A stretch of 64,000 nucleotides of DNA from Thermoplasmata archaeon. Its GTDB lineage: Archaea > Thermoplasmatota > Thermoplasmata > GCA-020350865. Positions 27,201 to 35,883 of the stretch are shown here, one piece after another. The stretch covers positions 4,886,101 to 4,950,100 of the forward strand of contig CP070751.1 in NCBI GenBank assembly GCA_020348445.1, in the 5' to 3' direction. Under the pieces are notes generated by a model. That model worked only from the letters and a program-made list of their open reading frames with translations, did no database searches and was not told where the DNA came from. Both the position numbers and the translations under genes were made by a program. Within the stretch, counting starts at the first letter, position 1; every line of letters starts with the position of its first letter.

Positions 27201-28122
27201 AGATGTTATCAATGATATAATTGTTAGAACTTGCCCAAAGATGGATGCCATGATAATTATTTGAATAGATTCTATTTTTGGATATCGTGTTATTAGAGCT
27301 TTCCCAGAGGTAAATGCCGTGCCACTCATTTGAATGGATGCTGTTGTTAGATATGATATTTCTTGAACTGTAGTATAGATTTATACCATAGTAATCATTT
27401 GATGAGGCGTTGTTATTGGATACAGTATTGCCAGGACTGAAACCCACATATATGCCATTATAATCGTTTAAATAGACTGTGTTGTTTGTTATGGTATTGT
27501 TTGAGTCTATCAGGGGTTCATACTCGTTATTGAGCACTATACCATAATGATTATTTAAAACGCTGTTGTTTGATATGGTGTTGCTATTGCAATTCGAGTA
27601 GAGATATATACCATACATATCGTTTGAATAGACGCTGTTATTGTGTATGATATTGCTGTTGCAACTCGATTCAAAATATATTCCCTCTCTAATGTTATTG
27701 TGAATTTCATTATCAGATATTCTGTTATTCCTTGATAAGTAGAAGTTAATTCCATCATGATTATTATAAATCTCGCTTTTTTCTATGGCTCCATTCTCTA
27801 CATTTCTAAAGTATATTCCATTGAAATTGCTGCCGCCTTCATGAATATTGCTGTTTCTAATCACAAAATAGACATCTGTGTTTCTTATGTCGATGCCATT
27901 TGCAAAATATGCATAGATAATATAATCCTCGATAATATATGGATTGCTTTCTGTCCCTTCTCCTGGCCATCCCTCCTGCGCTGCCTTTGCGGCAAAATCT
28001 GCATTTCCATCTATAAATATTGGCTGGTCGGCAGATACTGTGAAGGATATTAATGTTATTACATGGATGAGACCGCCCATAAGGATCATCAAAACGATAA
28101 TTGAGCTACCCACTTTTTTCAT
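24298..28122 (-). CDS. Membrane-anchored surface protein (1274 aa): NosD-type beta-helix, 5 Ig-like repeats, Big_5-like domain, TM helix, cytoplasmic zinc ribbon
   Basis: Signal-like N-terminus; GIYL..SxxN coils; GGNYWSD cap; five D..PP.I.LNSP.NNS...WxDG.Y...D.AGN units; IEFSEPMD domain; TM PFILLLLIVIVAIIIIVVGVL; terminal CPDC-x16-CPSC-GIKGTLE. Confidence 0.88.
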   Translation of the reverse strand: MKKVGSSIIVLMILMGGLIHVITLISFTVSADQPIFIDGNADFAAKAAQEGWPGEGTESNPYIIEDYIIYAYFANGIDIRNTDVYFVIRNSNIHEGGSNFNGIYFRNVENGAIEKSEIYNNHDGINFYLSRNNRISDNEIHNNIREGIYFESSCNSNIIHNNSVYSNDMYGIYLYSNCNSNTISNNSVLNNHYGIVLNNEYEPLIDSNNTITNNTVYLNDYNGIYVGFSPGNTVSNNNASSNDYYGINLYYSSRNIISNNSIHSNEWHGIYLWESSNNTISKNRIYSNNYHGIHLWASSNNYIIDNIFTNDGLFIDGEADRISHFIHEIPPGNLINGEPLIYYKNREGITIDGITVGGIILVNCSLITINNVGMAYTDVGIELGYSNSIRITNSSFSNNYYGIYLQKSSGNTLSDNDVLNNEYGIIVWSSPGNVMTANSIYSNNWYGIYLEWSTGNSIAYNSIHSNNRDGIVLRSTSDGNIISNNNVSNNNGGIWLRESCKYNTIDNNTIHSNDGYGVFIRWCSNNTVIYNNITCNTEYGIYMESSEQNNILHNNFINNIAFPQAYDNGNNTWNNTYPSGGNYWSDLDEPGEDAYDDFQGENQDMVGSDGIVDNGSAQGGGKNPYIISEYDQDNYPLIRPVKFDNSPPIIELISPSNNSIIRSGTTIDFSISDPNLYEVTYTVNDGPTQSLVAPYDILTTEWEDESHVIDITAKDTHDNVAALWFSFTIDSTPPEIMLNSPENNSIIPAATVIDVSVSDTNLDSVFYSIDDGAWEELNQPYDIITDTWIDDNYIVTLNASDLANNFKVTWYNFTIDSSPPAIELNSPPNNTYIKSNVEINLLISDANLNTVTYSKNEGPFELLTPPYIIETNDWQDKEHTLTIHVEDLAGNSNENWFIFIKDSKLPIITLNSPSNNSNIGEGVEIRFTISDANLNHVTYSKNGDAPRLLTQPYIIDTNEWPDGEYTISIYADDLAGNINEKWFKFKKGIPKDFTLPEISLNSPENNSLLTDVKILDFEVSDNNLDSVSYFINQGKLQTLEAPYDLDTTGWEDGTYTITIRALDVAGNVNEKYFVISIDFTSPSVISTQPDNAAIDVLVNTEVIIEFSEPMDIESVEPAISIIPYTEYTYSWSNDDKTLTLNATEPFADGTLYQISISTKAKDLAGHRLENKYVFEFTTKQKPEEKDEGEETSTIINPFILLLLIVIVAIIIIVVGVLTTRKKDNGHGMIQSEGFAQQNAINISCPDCGYMFNVTKTEGPIDVQCPSCGIKGTLE

Positions 28123-28343
28123 CTTTTTGACTCCTTTATGGTTTAGAAGGAGATTTGCTCCTAAATAGAGGTATCACCACAACCTCACATTCATTACCTT
28201 CCACATTTTACCAGTATATAAGGACTGTTTATACAAGGCAAATATTGGTGTTGAACATATATATAATTTAAGGAGTCATATTGAAATAGTGACGAGGAAA
28301 ATCGAAATAATCATCTATAAATGCGAAAAAAAGGTGAAAAGAG

Positions 28344-31300
28344 CTATTCCAAGGTTCCCTTAATGCCACAGCTTGGGCATTGAACCTGCATAGGTCCTTT
28401 TGTTTTGATTACCGAAAATCCATGTCTGCACTGGGGACAGGCGATTTGCATTGTGGGCAGCTGAGGCTGTGGTTGTTCTTCAAGAGATTTTTGTGATTCT
28501 ACTTTCATGACCATCGAGCAGAATGGGCATTTGATGTTCATTGTTGTGCCGAGATCATCAAACTGGAGAATGTTATTGCACCCAGGGCATTTAATTTGGA
28601 TGGCAGCTGGGATTTCAATCCCTGGTTCGGCTTTTTCTTTGGATGGTTTCTTTTTAGCAATAACCAGAACTACTATGATCACGACCACGATGATGGCAAT
28701 TAGTAATGTTAGAAAGAAATACATTATCGGGACTCCTTCTTCCTCCTTTTCTTTTGGCTTTTTCTGGGTTGTGAAACCAAACTCGAATTTATCATCCAGC
28801 CTTCGATCTGCCATATCTTTTGCTCCTGTGCCTATGGAAATTTTGTATTGGGTTTCATATTCAAGAGGTTCAGAGAAGTTCAGAATCAATGTCTTGTTGT
28901 CCTCAGTCCACGAGCAGGTGTAATCAACATAAGGATCCATGGAAATCGCAGATTCCACAGATTTTGTATCCATGGGTTCGCTGAACTCTATGACAATTTC
29001 GGTTTTTATAGAGACATCTGTTGCACCTTCATCGATGGATGCTGATGCGATAGAAGGCGGGGATATATCGAATTTGAAGAAAAACCATCTTTCAATGGTC
29101 CAACCAGCAGCATCCCCAGCTCTTATTTCTATAATATATTCGCCATCTTCCCAATCTGAGGCATCCAGGTCATAAGGTGCTTCAAAGATCCTCAATGCAC
29201 CCTGATTTATAGAGTAGTATACTGACTCTAAATTTTCATCATAAACATCAAAATCTATGGTTTGGACCTCAAACAGAAGCGATTCATTATCAGGATTGTT
29301 TAAAACAATGGATGGCAAGGTGGTGTCCTTGGTAAATATAAACCATTTCTCATTGAAATTACCTGCTAAGTCATCGGCATATATTTTTATGTTGTACTCC
29401 CCGTCTTGCCAATCGCTTGTATCGATGATATATGGCTCGGAAAAAGTGTATGCTGGACCGCTGTTTTTGGTGTACGATACCTTTTTAAGGTTTGCGTCCG
29501 AGATTGTGAAGTCAATTTCTGCTTCTATGGCGATAAACGAGTTATTATCAGGTGAATTCAGTGTGATTTTTGGAGATGTTGAATCGATAACGAAATTGAA
29601 CCACAAAAAGTTATAATTGCCAGCATGATCGCTTGCATTTATTGAAATAACATAGCTTCTATCATCCCACGAATTTGTGTTAAGGTCATAAGGTGAAGAG
29701 ATTATTTCATTAACGCCGTTGATAGAACAAATAACTTGCTTTAAATGGATGTCTTGGATCGAGAACTCAATGGGAATTCCAGCCTTGATTATTGAACCAT
29801 CATCGGGTGAGTTTAGGACTACAGTAGGGGATATCGAGTCTATAGTGAAGTTGTACCATTTTGTGTTGACATTGTTGTGGGTATCAATTGCATAGACCTC
29901 AACAATGTAATTATCATCCTCCCATTCCATTGTTTCGATTTCGAACGGTGAGGTTATTCTCTGATGCGAACCACCATTTAATGAATAGGTTACTTTATAC
30001 AAATGTGGGTCCAAAATAGAAAGGTCTATGATTATCCCTGGCTTGATAATGGAATTGTTAGAAGGAGAATCGAGCTGTAATATCGGTGGGGTATTGTCAG
30101 GTGCCCAAGGTTCCATAAGTGGATAATTATCCTGGGTATCTGAATCAATTATATAAGGCGAGTCACCTATGCCGTCCCCTCCCTCTTCATTCTGGCCTGG
30201 GCCAGAAAAATCATCTGCGCCGGTGTAATCGCTCCAGTAATTACCTCCCGAGGGATAGCCGTTGTCCCAGTAATTATCACTACGATTATCGAATGCTTGA
30301 TGATTATTACTTATAATGTTATTGTGATAAATTCGGTTATTTGAGCAATCTTCGAGGAGAATTCCATAAATACTATTTGATGAAATATTGTTTCTAAAAA
30401 TCATGTTATTATTGGATAAAAACCAGATATAGATGCCATAATTGTTATCTGCGAGGTTGTTGGTGGTAATATCGTTATTGTCGGATCCCAGACAGAGATA
30501 GATACCGTAATAGTTATCCGTGGCGATATTATTAGAGACATTGTTTCCGTCGGACTCTTGGAGACGGATACCAAATAGATTATTAAAGGCATTATTATCA
30601 AAGATGAAGTTATCATCTGAAGAATAAACAGAGATACCATACAAATTGTTTTCGAAAGCGATATTGTCTGTAACATTATTCAAGTCCGATTCCCATAGAC
30701 GGATGCCATATAATCCGTTAGAGTAAACCGTATTAGCAGCGATATTATTTCCATTTGAATAATAAAGATGTATGCCATTCCCGTTGTTCAAGGATACGAT
30801 ATTGCCTGTTATGTTGTTGTAATTAGAATACTCGAGATAGATGCCATAATGATTATTCGATGAGGCATCGTTATCTATAATAGTATTATGCGAGGAGAAT
30901 CCCAGCTCAATACCGACAGCACCATACGTTAGTTCTTGGTTCTCTACTATGATGTTGAAGCAGTTGGCAAGTATTACTTGACCTGCCCCAGAAGGGATTA
31001 TACCACCTGTTTGATTCTTCCAGTAGTACACAGGTTTTCCACTGACGGTATTGAATGTGTCAATAATGTGTGTATTCCAGTACTCTAGTAAATCACCAGT
31101 GATAAGAATCCCATTCTCTATCATCTGGTTGCTAGTAAGGCGGTTACTGCTGGAATCATAGAGGTATATGCCATAGCGATCGTTTGAGATGAAGATGTTA
31201 CCATTTAAGCTGTTTTGGTTGGATCGAAAGAGTATGATACCATTATCGTTGTGCGAAATATTGTTACCAGTTATGTTGTTGTTTGATGACAAACAGAGAT

Positions 31301-34300
31301 CGAAGGCATATCCGTTGTTTGGGAAGAGGATGTTGTTAGTGATGGTGTTACCACTGGAAGATTCGAGAGATATTCCCTCATCATTGTTTGAGACATTGTT
31401 ACCTTTGATGTTGTTATTTAATGATGAGTCAAGATAGATACCCCAATGGTTGCTTGAAGCTATGTTATCAGTGATCTTATTCCTACTTGAAGAATATAGA
31501 ACGATACCATGACCATCATTCAATGAGATGTTATTGTTGAATATCCAACAGTTCTGAACATTATCAAGTTTTATCCCTGCATACGGCCACCAACCACCTC
31601 CGGTGATCGTAAAATCCGTGATATTTACCCAATCAGCAGTAATTTCAATAACATCGCTAATCCCTCTACCATCTAAAATCGTAGTGTTCTTATCCTCACC
31701 CATTAGGGTGACTGTAACATCCACAACAACACTTTCGTAGTAAGTCCCATTTCTCACGAAAATCGTATTCCCTGAGTCGGCATCGTCAATAGCCTCTTGG
31801 ATCGTATCATAGTAGGTCCCTTTATCAATATTATGAACCGGCTTGAGAGGAGGTATAATAATATAAGGGCTCATAAGTGGATAGTAATCAATTGTGTCGG
31901 AATCGATTCCGTACTCAGTATCACCGATTCCGTCGCTGCCTGGCTCGTCTTGATTCGGTCCCGAGCGCTCGTCTGAGCCAGTGTAATCACTCCAAAAGTT
32001 GCCGCCAGAAGGATACCCGTTATCCCAAAAATTAACATCATTATCAAAACCTTGAAGTGTATTGTCGATTAGGTTGTTGTGGAAAATGTAGTTGTTCGAG
32101 GAAGAGATAAAATAGATACCATAAATATTATTGGAAGCATTGTTTACAGTTATATTATTTTCAAAAGAATTATCGATATAAATTCCCCATCTGCCACCTG
32201 AGATGTTGTTGCCTGTTATGTTAATATTCGAACAAAAGCCAACTGCGATACCAACAGTTCCGTTATGCAATTCTTGGTTCTCTACGCTAACGTTGGTGCA
32301 ATTCGCAAGTATCACCTCCCCCGCTCCATCTGGGACTACCCCCTCGGTTTGATTCTTCCAGTAGTAAATTGATTTTCCATTTACCGTGTTCGTTGTATCT
32401 ATATAATGGGTATTCCAAAATTCTATATAATCCCCGCAAATATGTATCCCGTTATGGATCAATGTATTGGAAGCGAGTGTATTATGGAGCGAGGATCCGA
32501 AGTAGATGCCAAAATCTGAGTTATACAGGATGGAATTATCAATCATGTTGTTGTTGTTGCCACCCCAACATCCAAATCCAAATCGATTATGGCAAACGTA
32601 ATTGTCAATAAAAGTATTGTTTTCACAATCTAGACAAAGATGGATACCTTCAATGCTATTTAAGATCGTATTTTCCATTATAATATTCCAGCAGGAATTT
32701 TCTAAATGCATACCCCAATCATCGTTAGAAAAGAAGTTGTTATCAGAAATGTTGTTCCAGCTGGAATGGGGCATAAAGATGCCCCCACCATTTGCCGAGA
32801 TGTTATTTCCTATGATGCTGTTATTAAAAGATGTGTCGAGCAATATTCCAAGCCCATAGTTCGAAGATATGTTATTAATAAGAATAGTGTTCCAATTAGT
32901 ATCCTGATCTAGATAGATGCCGCATGTATTGTCCTGGAGATTGTTTTCGGAAATTGAGGTGTAATTGGATTCTATCTTTACTCCGGCATTATTTCCAGAT
33001 GTTCCGCTATTGTTAATTGTAAAACCAGTGATGTTCGCCCAATCTGCGGTAATTCTAACAACATCTCCATTTCCCCCACCGTCGATTATGGTGGTGTTCA
33101 TATCTTCCCCCATCAAGTTTATGGTCTTGTTTACGATCACGTTCTCAAGATATATTCCACTACTTACCAAAATCGTATTTCCAGGATCAGCGTCATCGAT
33201 TGCTTCTTGGATTGTATCGTAGTAGGTATCCTTTTCGATATTGTAGACAGGTCCGAAAAGAGTTCCATTCCCAAAAGGTTCCATAAGTGGATAATTATCC
33301 TGGGAATCTACATCGATGACATAAGGTGTATCACCAATACCATCGCTGCCTAGTTGATCTTGGTTGGGACCAGATAGATTATCATAACCTGTGTAGTCAC
33401 TCCAGTAATTGCCACCCAAGGGATATCCATTATCCCAATAATTGATATTTCCATCAATGGCTTGATCTGAATTATTTTTAATATTGTTGTGATATATTCG
33501 AGCGCCAGTGCTATCTGCTTCTATATTTATACCGCTACCAGTGTTTGAGAAAATCTCGTTTCCTATGATATTTACTTCATCTAAATAATCAAGGTAGATC
33601 CCATGAAGATTATTATAAACCATGTTAAATGTAATGTTATTTAAACCAGGTCCATAAAGGAAGATACCATATCTATTATTATAGGCTGTATTACCCGTTA
33701 CGTTGTTGTCTTCAGAATTACTAATATAGATACCACTTTCGGAATTTGAAGTTGTGGTATTGGAAATCCTGTTATGATTAGCTGAATATAAAGCAATGGC
33801 ATTTCTATATCGACATGAAGCTGAACCACCGCTGATAGTATTCCAATCAGAATATTCCATGCGGATTGCACTGGAATCCACTGAAGTGACTGCGTTTTCA
33901 GCCAAGTAATTATTTGAAGAGAAACCAAGTAAAATGCCATGAGGGCAATCATGGATTTGCTGGTTCTCTACCCTAATATTATCACAGTTGGCGAGAATAA
34001 CTTGTCCTGCATCTGAGGGGATAGATCCTCCTGATTGATTTTTCCAATAATATACAGGTTTGTCATTTACTTTATTTGAGGTATCTATTATGTGTGTATT
34101 CCAGTGTTCTAATGATCCACCGGCGATAGATATTCCTTCCCCTGTCATGGAATTACCAAAAAGGTAGTTCGAAGTTGATTCTGCAAGAACAATAGTATTT
34201 TCATTATTTATACCGGTGTTGTTGGTGATGTTATTCCAACTGGATGAAATCAGATAGATACCGTCCCACAGGTTCGAAGTGACGGTATTTCCTGTGATAT

Positions 34301-35114
34301 TATTTCCATTAGAAGATTCAAGAGCAATACCAAGCATACTACTCGAAACCGAATTTACAGAAATGTTATTTCCATTGGAAGACTCAAGATTGATACCGAT
34401 AAAGAGGTTCGAATCCAAAGTGTTATCATCAACAGTGTTTCCTTCTGATGAAATAAGCATAATACCATTTGAACCGCCGAAAATGCTATTACCTGAGATA
34501 AGATTCCTAATTGAAGAATCCAAAATAATTCCATCCCCCCCATTTAAAATGACCACATTATTTAATAAATGATTATCATTTGAAGAATCTAGATAAATAC
34601 CATTACTATTATCATCTATAGTGTTGTGTGAAATGTTATTATATGATGCCGACCATAAATAGATACCACTTTCGCTATTTGAGGTAATATTATTGTGGGT
34701 AATCAAACAGTTCTGAACATTGTTTAGTTCCATCCCTGCATCTGTGGAAACTGTTCCGCTCCCAGTAACTGTAAATCCGGTGATATTCGACCAACTTGCA
34801 CTTACAAAAACAACATCTCCAACCCCACCTCCATCTATAATCGTTGTATCCCTACATTCTCCGGTAATGTTCAAGGTTTTGTATACTAATAAATTCTCAT
34901 AGTAGGTTCCATTATAAACATAGATCGTATCTCCATCTTCAGCTACATTAATAGCTACCTGAATACTCGTATACGCCCCACCGCTGCCAGTTTCATTTAC
35001 ATAATGTGTGGTCCCAGTTACACTAGATGTAATATCAATAACAATATCCAATACATAGACCAAGCTGAATATCATTATCATGCTCAACCAGAATGCAATT
35101 ACCTTCCTGCCCAT
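28344..35114 (-). CDS. Membrane-anchored surface protein (2256 aa): three beta-helix modules, 4 Ig-like repeats, Big_5-like domain, TM helix, two cytoplasmic zinc ribbons
   Basis: Three SIQ/TIQxAIxxAxxGxTI...GNY/FWSDY modules; same Ig stalk and IEFSEPMD domain as its neighbour; TM FFLTLLIAIIVVVIIVVLVIA; CPGC-x16-CPFC and CPQC-x16-CPSC-GIKGTLE. Confidence 0.88.
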   Translation of the reverse strand: MGRKVIAFWLSMIMIFSLVYVLDIVIDITSSVTGTTHYVNETGSGGAYTSIQVAINVAEDGDTIYVYNGTYYENLLVYKTLNITGECRDTTIIDGGGVGDVVFVSASWSNITGFTVTGSGTVSTDAGMELNNVQNCLITHNNITSNSESGIYLWSASYNNISHNTIDDNSNGIYLDSSNDNHLLNNVVILNGGDGIILDSSIRNLISGNSIFGGSNGIMLISSEGNTVDDNTLDSNLFIGINLESSNGNNISVNSVSSSMLGIALESSNGNNITGNTVTSNLWDGIYLISSSWNNITNNTGINNENTIVLAESTSNYLFGNSMTGEGISIAGGSLEHWNTHIIDTSNKVNDKPVYYWKNQSGGSIPSDAGQVILANCDNIRVENQQIHDCPHGILLGFSSNNYLAENAVTSVDSSAIRMEYSDWNTISGGSASCRYRNAIALYSANHNRISNTTTSNSESGIYISNSEDNNVTGNTAYNNRYGIFLYGPGLNNITFNMVYNNLHGIYLDYLDEVNIIGNEIFSNTGSGINIEADSTGARIYHNNIKNNSDQAIDGNINYWDNGYPLGGNYWSDYTGYDNLSGPNQDQLGSDGIGDTPYVIDVDSQDNYPLMEPFGNGTLFGPVYNIEKDTYYDTIQEAIDDADPGNTILVSSGIYLENVIVNKTINLMGEDMNTTIIDGGGNGDVVRITADWANITGFTINNSGTSGNNAGVKIESNYTSISENNLQDNTCGIYLDQDTNWNTILINNISSNYGLGILLDTSFNNSIIGNNISANGGGIFMPHSSWNNISDNNFFSNDDWGMHLENSCWNIIMENTILNSIEGIHLCLDCENNTFIDNYVCHNRFGFGCWGGNNNNMIDNSILYNSDFGIYFGSSLHNTLASNTLIHNGIHICGDYIEFWNTHYIDTTNTVNGKSIYYWKNQTEGVVPDGAGEVILANCTNVSVENQELHNGTVGIAVGFCSNINITGNNISGGRWGIYIDNSFENNITVNNASNNIYGIYFISSSNNYIFHNNLIDNTLQGFDNDVNFWDNGYPSGGNFWSDYTGSDERSGPNQDEPGSDGIGDTEYGIDSDTIDYYPLMSPYIIIPPLKPVHNIDKGTYYDTIQEAIDDADSGNTIFVRNGTYYESVVVDVTVTLMGEDKNTTILDGRGISDVIEITADWVNITDFTITGGGWWPYAGIKLDNVQNCWIFNNNISLNDGHGIVLYSSSRNKITDNIASSNHWGIYLDSSLNNNIKGNNVSNNDEGISLESSSGNTITNNILFPNNGYAFDLCLSSNNNITGNNISHNDNGIILFRSNQNSLNGNIFISNDRYGIYLYDSSSNRLTSNQMIENGILITGDLLEYWNTHIIDTFNTVSGKPVYYWKNQTGGIIPSGAGQVILANCFNIIVENQELTYGAVGIELGFSSHNTIIDNDASSNNHYGIYLEYSNYNNITGNIVSLNNGNGIHLYYSNGNNIAANTVYSNGLYGIRLWESDLNNVTDNIAFENNLYGISVYSSDDNFIFDNNAFNNLFGIRLQESDGNNVSNNIATDNYYGIYLCLGSDNNDITTNNLADNNYGIYIWFLSNNNMIFRNNISSNSIYGILLEDCSNNRIYHNNIISNNHQAFDNRSDNYWDNGYPSGGNYWSDYTGADDFSGPGQNEEGGDGIGDSPYIIDSDTQDNYPLMEPWAPDNTPPILQLDSPSNNSIIKPGIIIDLSILDPHLYKVTYSLNGGSHQRITSPFEIETMEWEDDNYIVEVYAIDTHNNVNTKWYNFTIDSISPTVVLNSPDDGSIIKAGIPIEFSIQDIHLKQVICSINGVNEIISSPYDLNTNSWDDRSYVISINASDHAGNYNFLWFNFVIDSTSPKITLNSPDNNSFIAIEAEIDFTISDANLKKVSYTKNSGPAYTFSEPYIIDTSDWQDGEYNIKIYADDLAGNFNEKWFIFTKDTTLPSIVLNNPDNESLLFEVQTIDFDVYDENLESVYYSINQGALRIFEAPYDLDASDWEDGEYIIEIRAGDAAGWTIERWFFFKFDISPPSIASASIDEGATDVSIKTEIVIEFSEPMDTKSVESAISMDPYVDYTCSWTEDNKTLILNFSEPLEYETQYKISIGTGAKDMADRRLDDKFEFGFTTQKKPKEKEEEGVPIMYFFLTLLIAIIVVVIIVVLVIAKKKPSKEKAEPGIEIPAAIQIKCPGCNNILQFDDLGTTMNIKCPFCSMVMKVESQKSLEEQPQPQLPTMQIACPQCRHGFSVIKTKGPMQVQCPSCGIKGTLE

Positions 35115-35169
35115 GAATGTAAGTTATTGAGATAACCAGATAAATACCTTGTGATTTACTATTAGACTT

Positions 35170-35883
35170 TTAGTCTAGTATCTCCATCAACAGCTCAGGC
35201 ATATCCAGCACCCTAATCTTCGAGTCATTCCTCCCAGCAGCCTCCCTCAAGGCAAAAGTACAAAATGGACAGGCAGAAGTTAATACATCGGCACCTGTCT
35301 CCTCGGCTTCTTTTAGTCTTGTATCAGCCATCTGATCAGATAACTCGGGAAATCCCGCCCTAACTCCCCCACCTGCACCGCAGCATCTTGCATTCTGTCT
35401 GCTTCTGGCCATCTCCACGAGTGCAAGGCCAGGAATACTCTTTAAAATGTCTCTTGGGACATCGTACAAACCTGAATGCCTGCCCAAATGACATGGGTCG
35501 TGGTATGTGACCTTCAACTTTGTTTCTGGGAATTTCAAAGAGCCTTTGTCAATGAGATCAACAAGGAGCTCCAAAACATGCTTTACCTCAAAATCCAATG
35601 AGCCAGTCATCGTTTCATAATCTTGTTTTAGAGTACGGAAACACCCGGAGCACGAGGTCACAACAACGTCAGCACCGCTTTTATTTATGGCATCCACATT
35701 ATGTTCCATCATATCCTTTCCAACTTCCATGTTGCCTGTTCTTAGCATGACTGAGCCGCAGCACCATTCGTCCTCACCCAACAAGATGAACTCAACATCT
35801 GCCTTCTTTAAAAGTTCAATCGTGCTTTTAGCGATATCCTTTGCACGATACGTTGCCATGCAGCCAGGGAAGTAGAGTATCAT
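35170..35883 (-). CDS. CCG-domain (Fe-S)-binding protein (GlcF/HdrB/LutA-like)
   Basis: LYFPGC, EWCCGS, TSCSGC, TYHDPCHLGR, ARCCGAGGG, SACPFC; ATGA overlap with the upstream gene. Confidence 0.9.
   Translation of the reverse strand: MILYFPGCMATYRAKDIAKSTIELLKKADVEFILLGEDEWCCGSVMLRTGNMEVGKDMMEHNVDAINKSGADVVVTSCSGCFRTLKQDYETMTGSLDFEVKHVLELLVDLIDKGSLKFPETKLKVTYHDPCHLGRHSGLYDVPRDILKSIPGLALVEMARSRQNARCCGAGGGVRAGFPELSDQMADTRLKEAEETGADVLTSACPFCTFALREAAGRNDSKIRVLDMPELLMEILD

Noticed and set aside
30200-33450. Recurring DNA motifs (GNYWSDY and TIQEAIDDAD blocks) as CRISPR or DGR template/variable repeats
   Set aside because: They are in-frame coding repeats about 1.4-1.8 kb apart that differ mainly at synonymous positions; no reverse transcriptase or cas gene is present.
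2101-35114. NosD-like repeats as evidence of nitrous-oxide reductase maturation
   Set aside because: The repeats are generic parallel beta-helix coils; no nosZ/F/Y/L genes are in the window.
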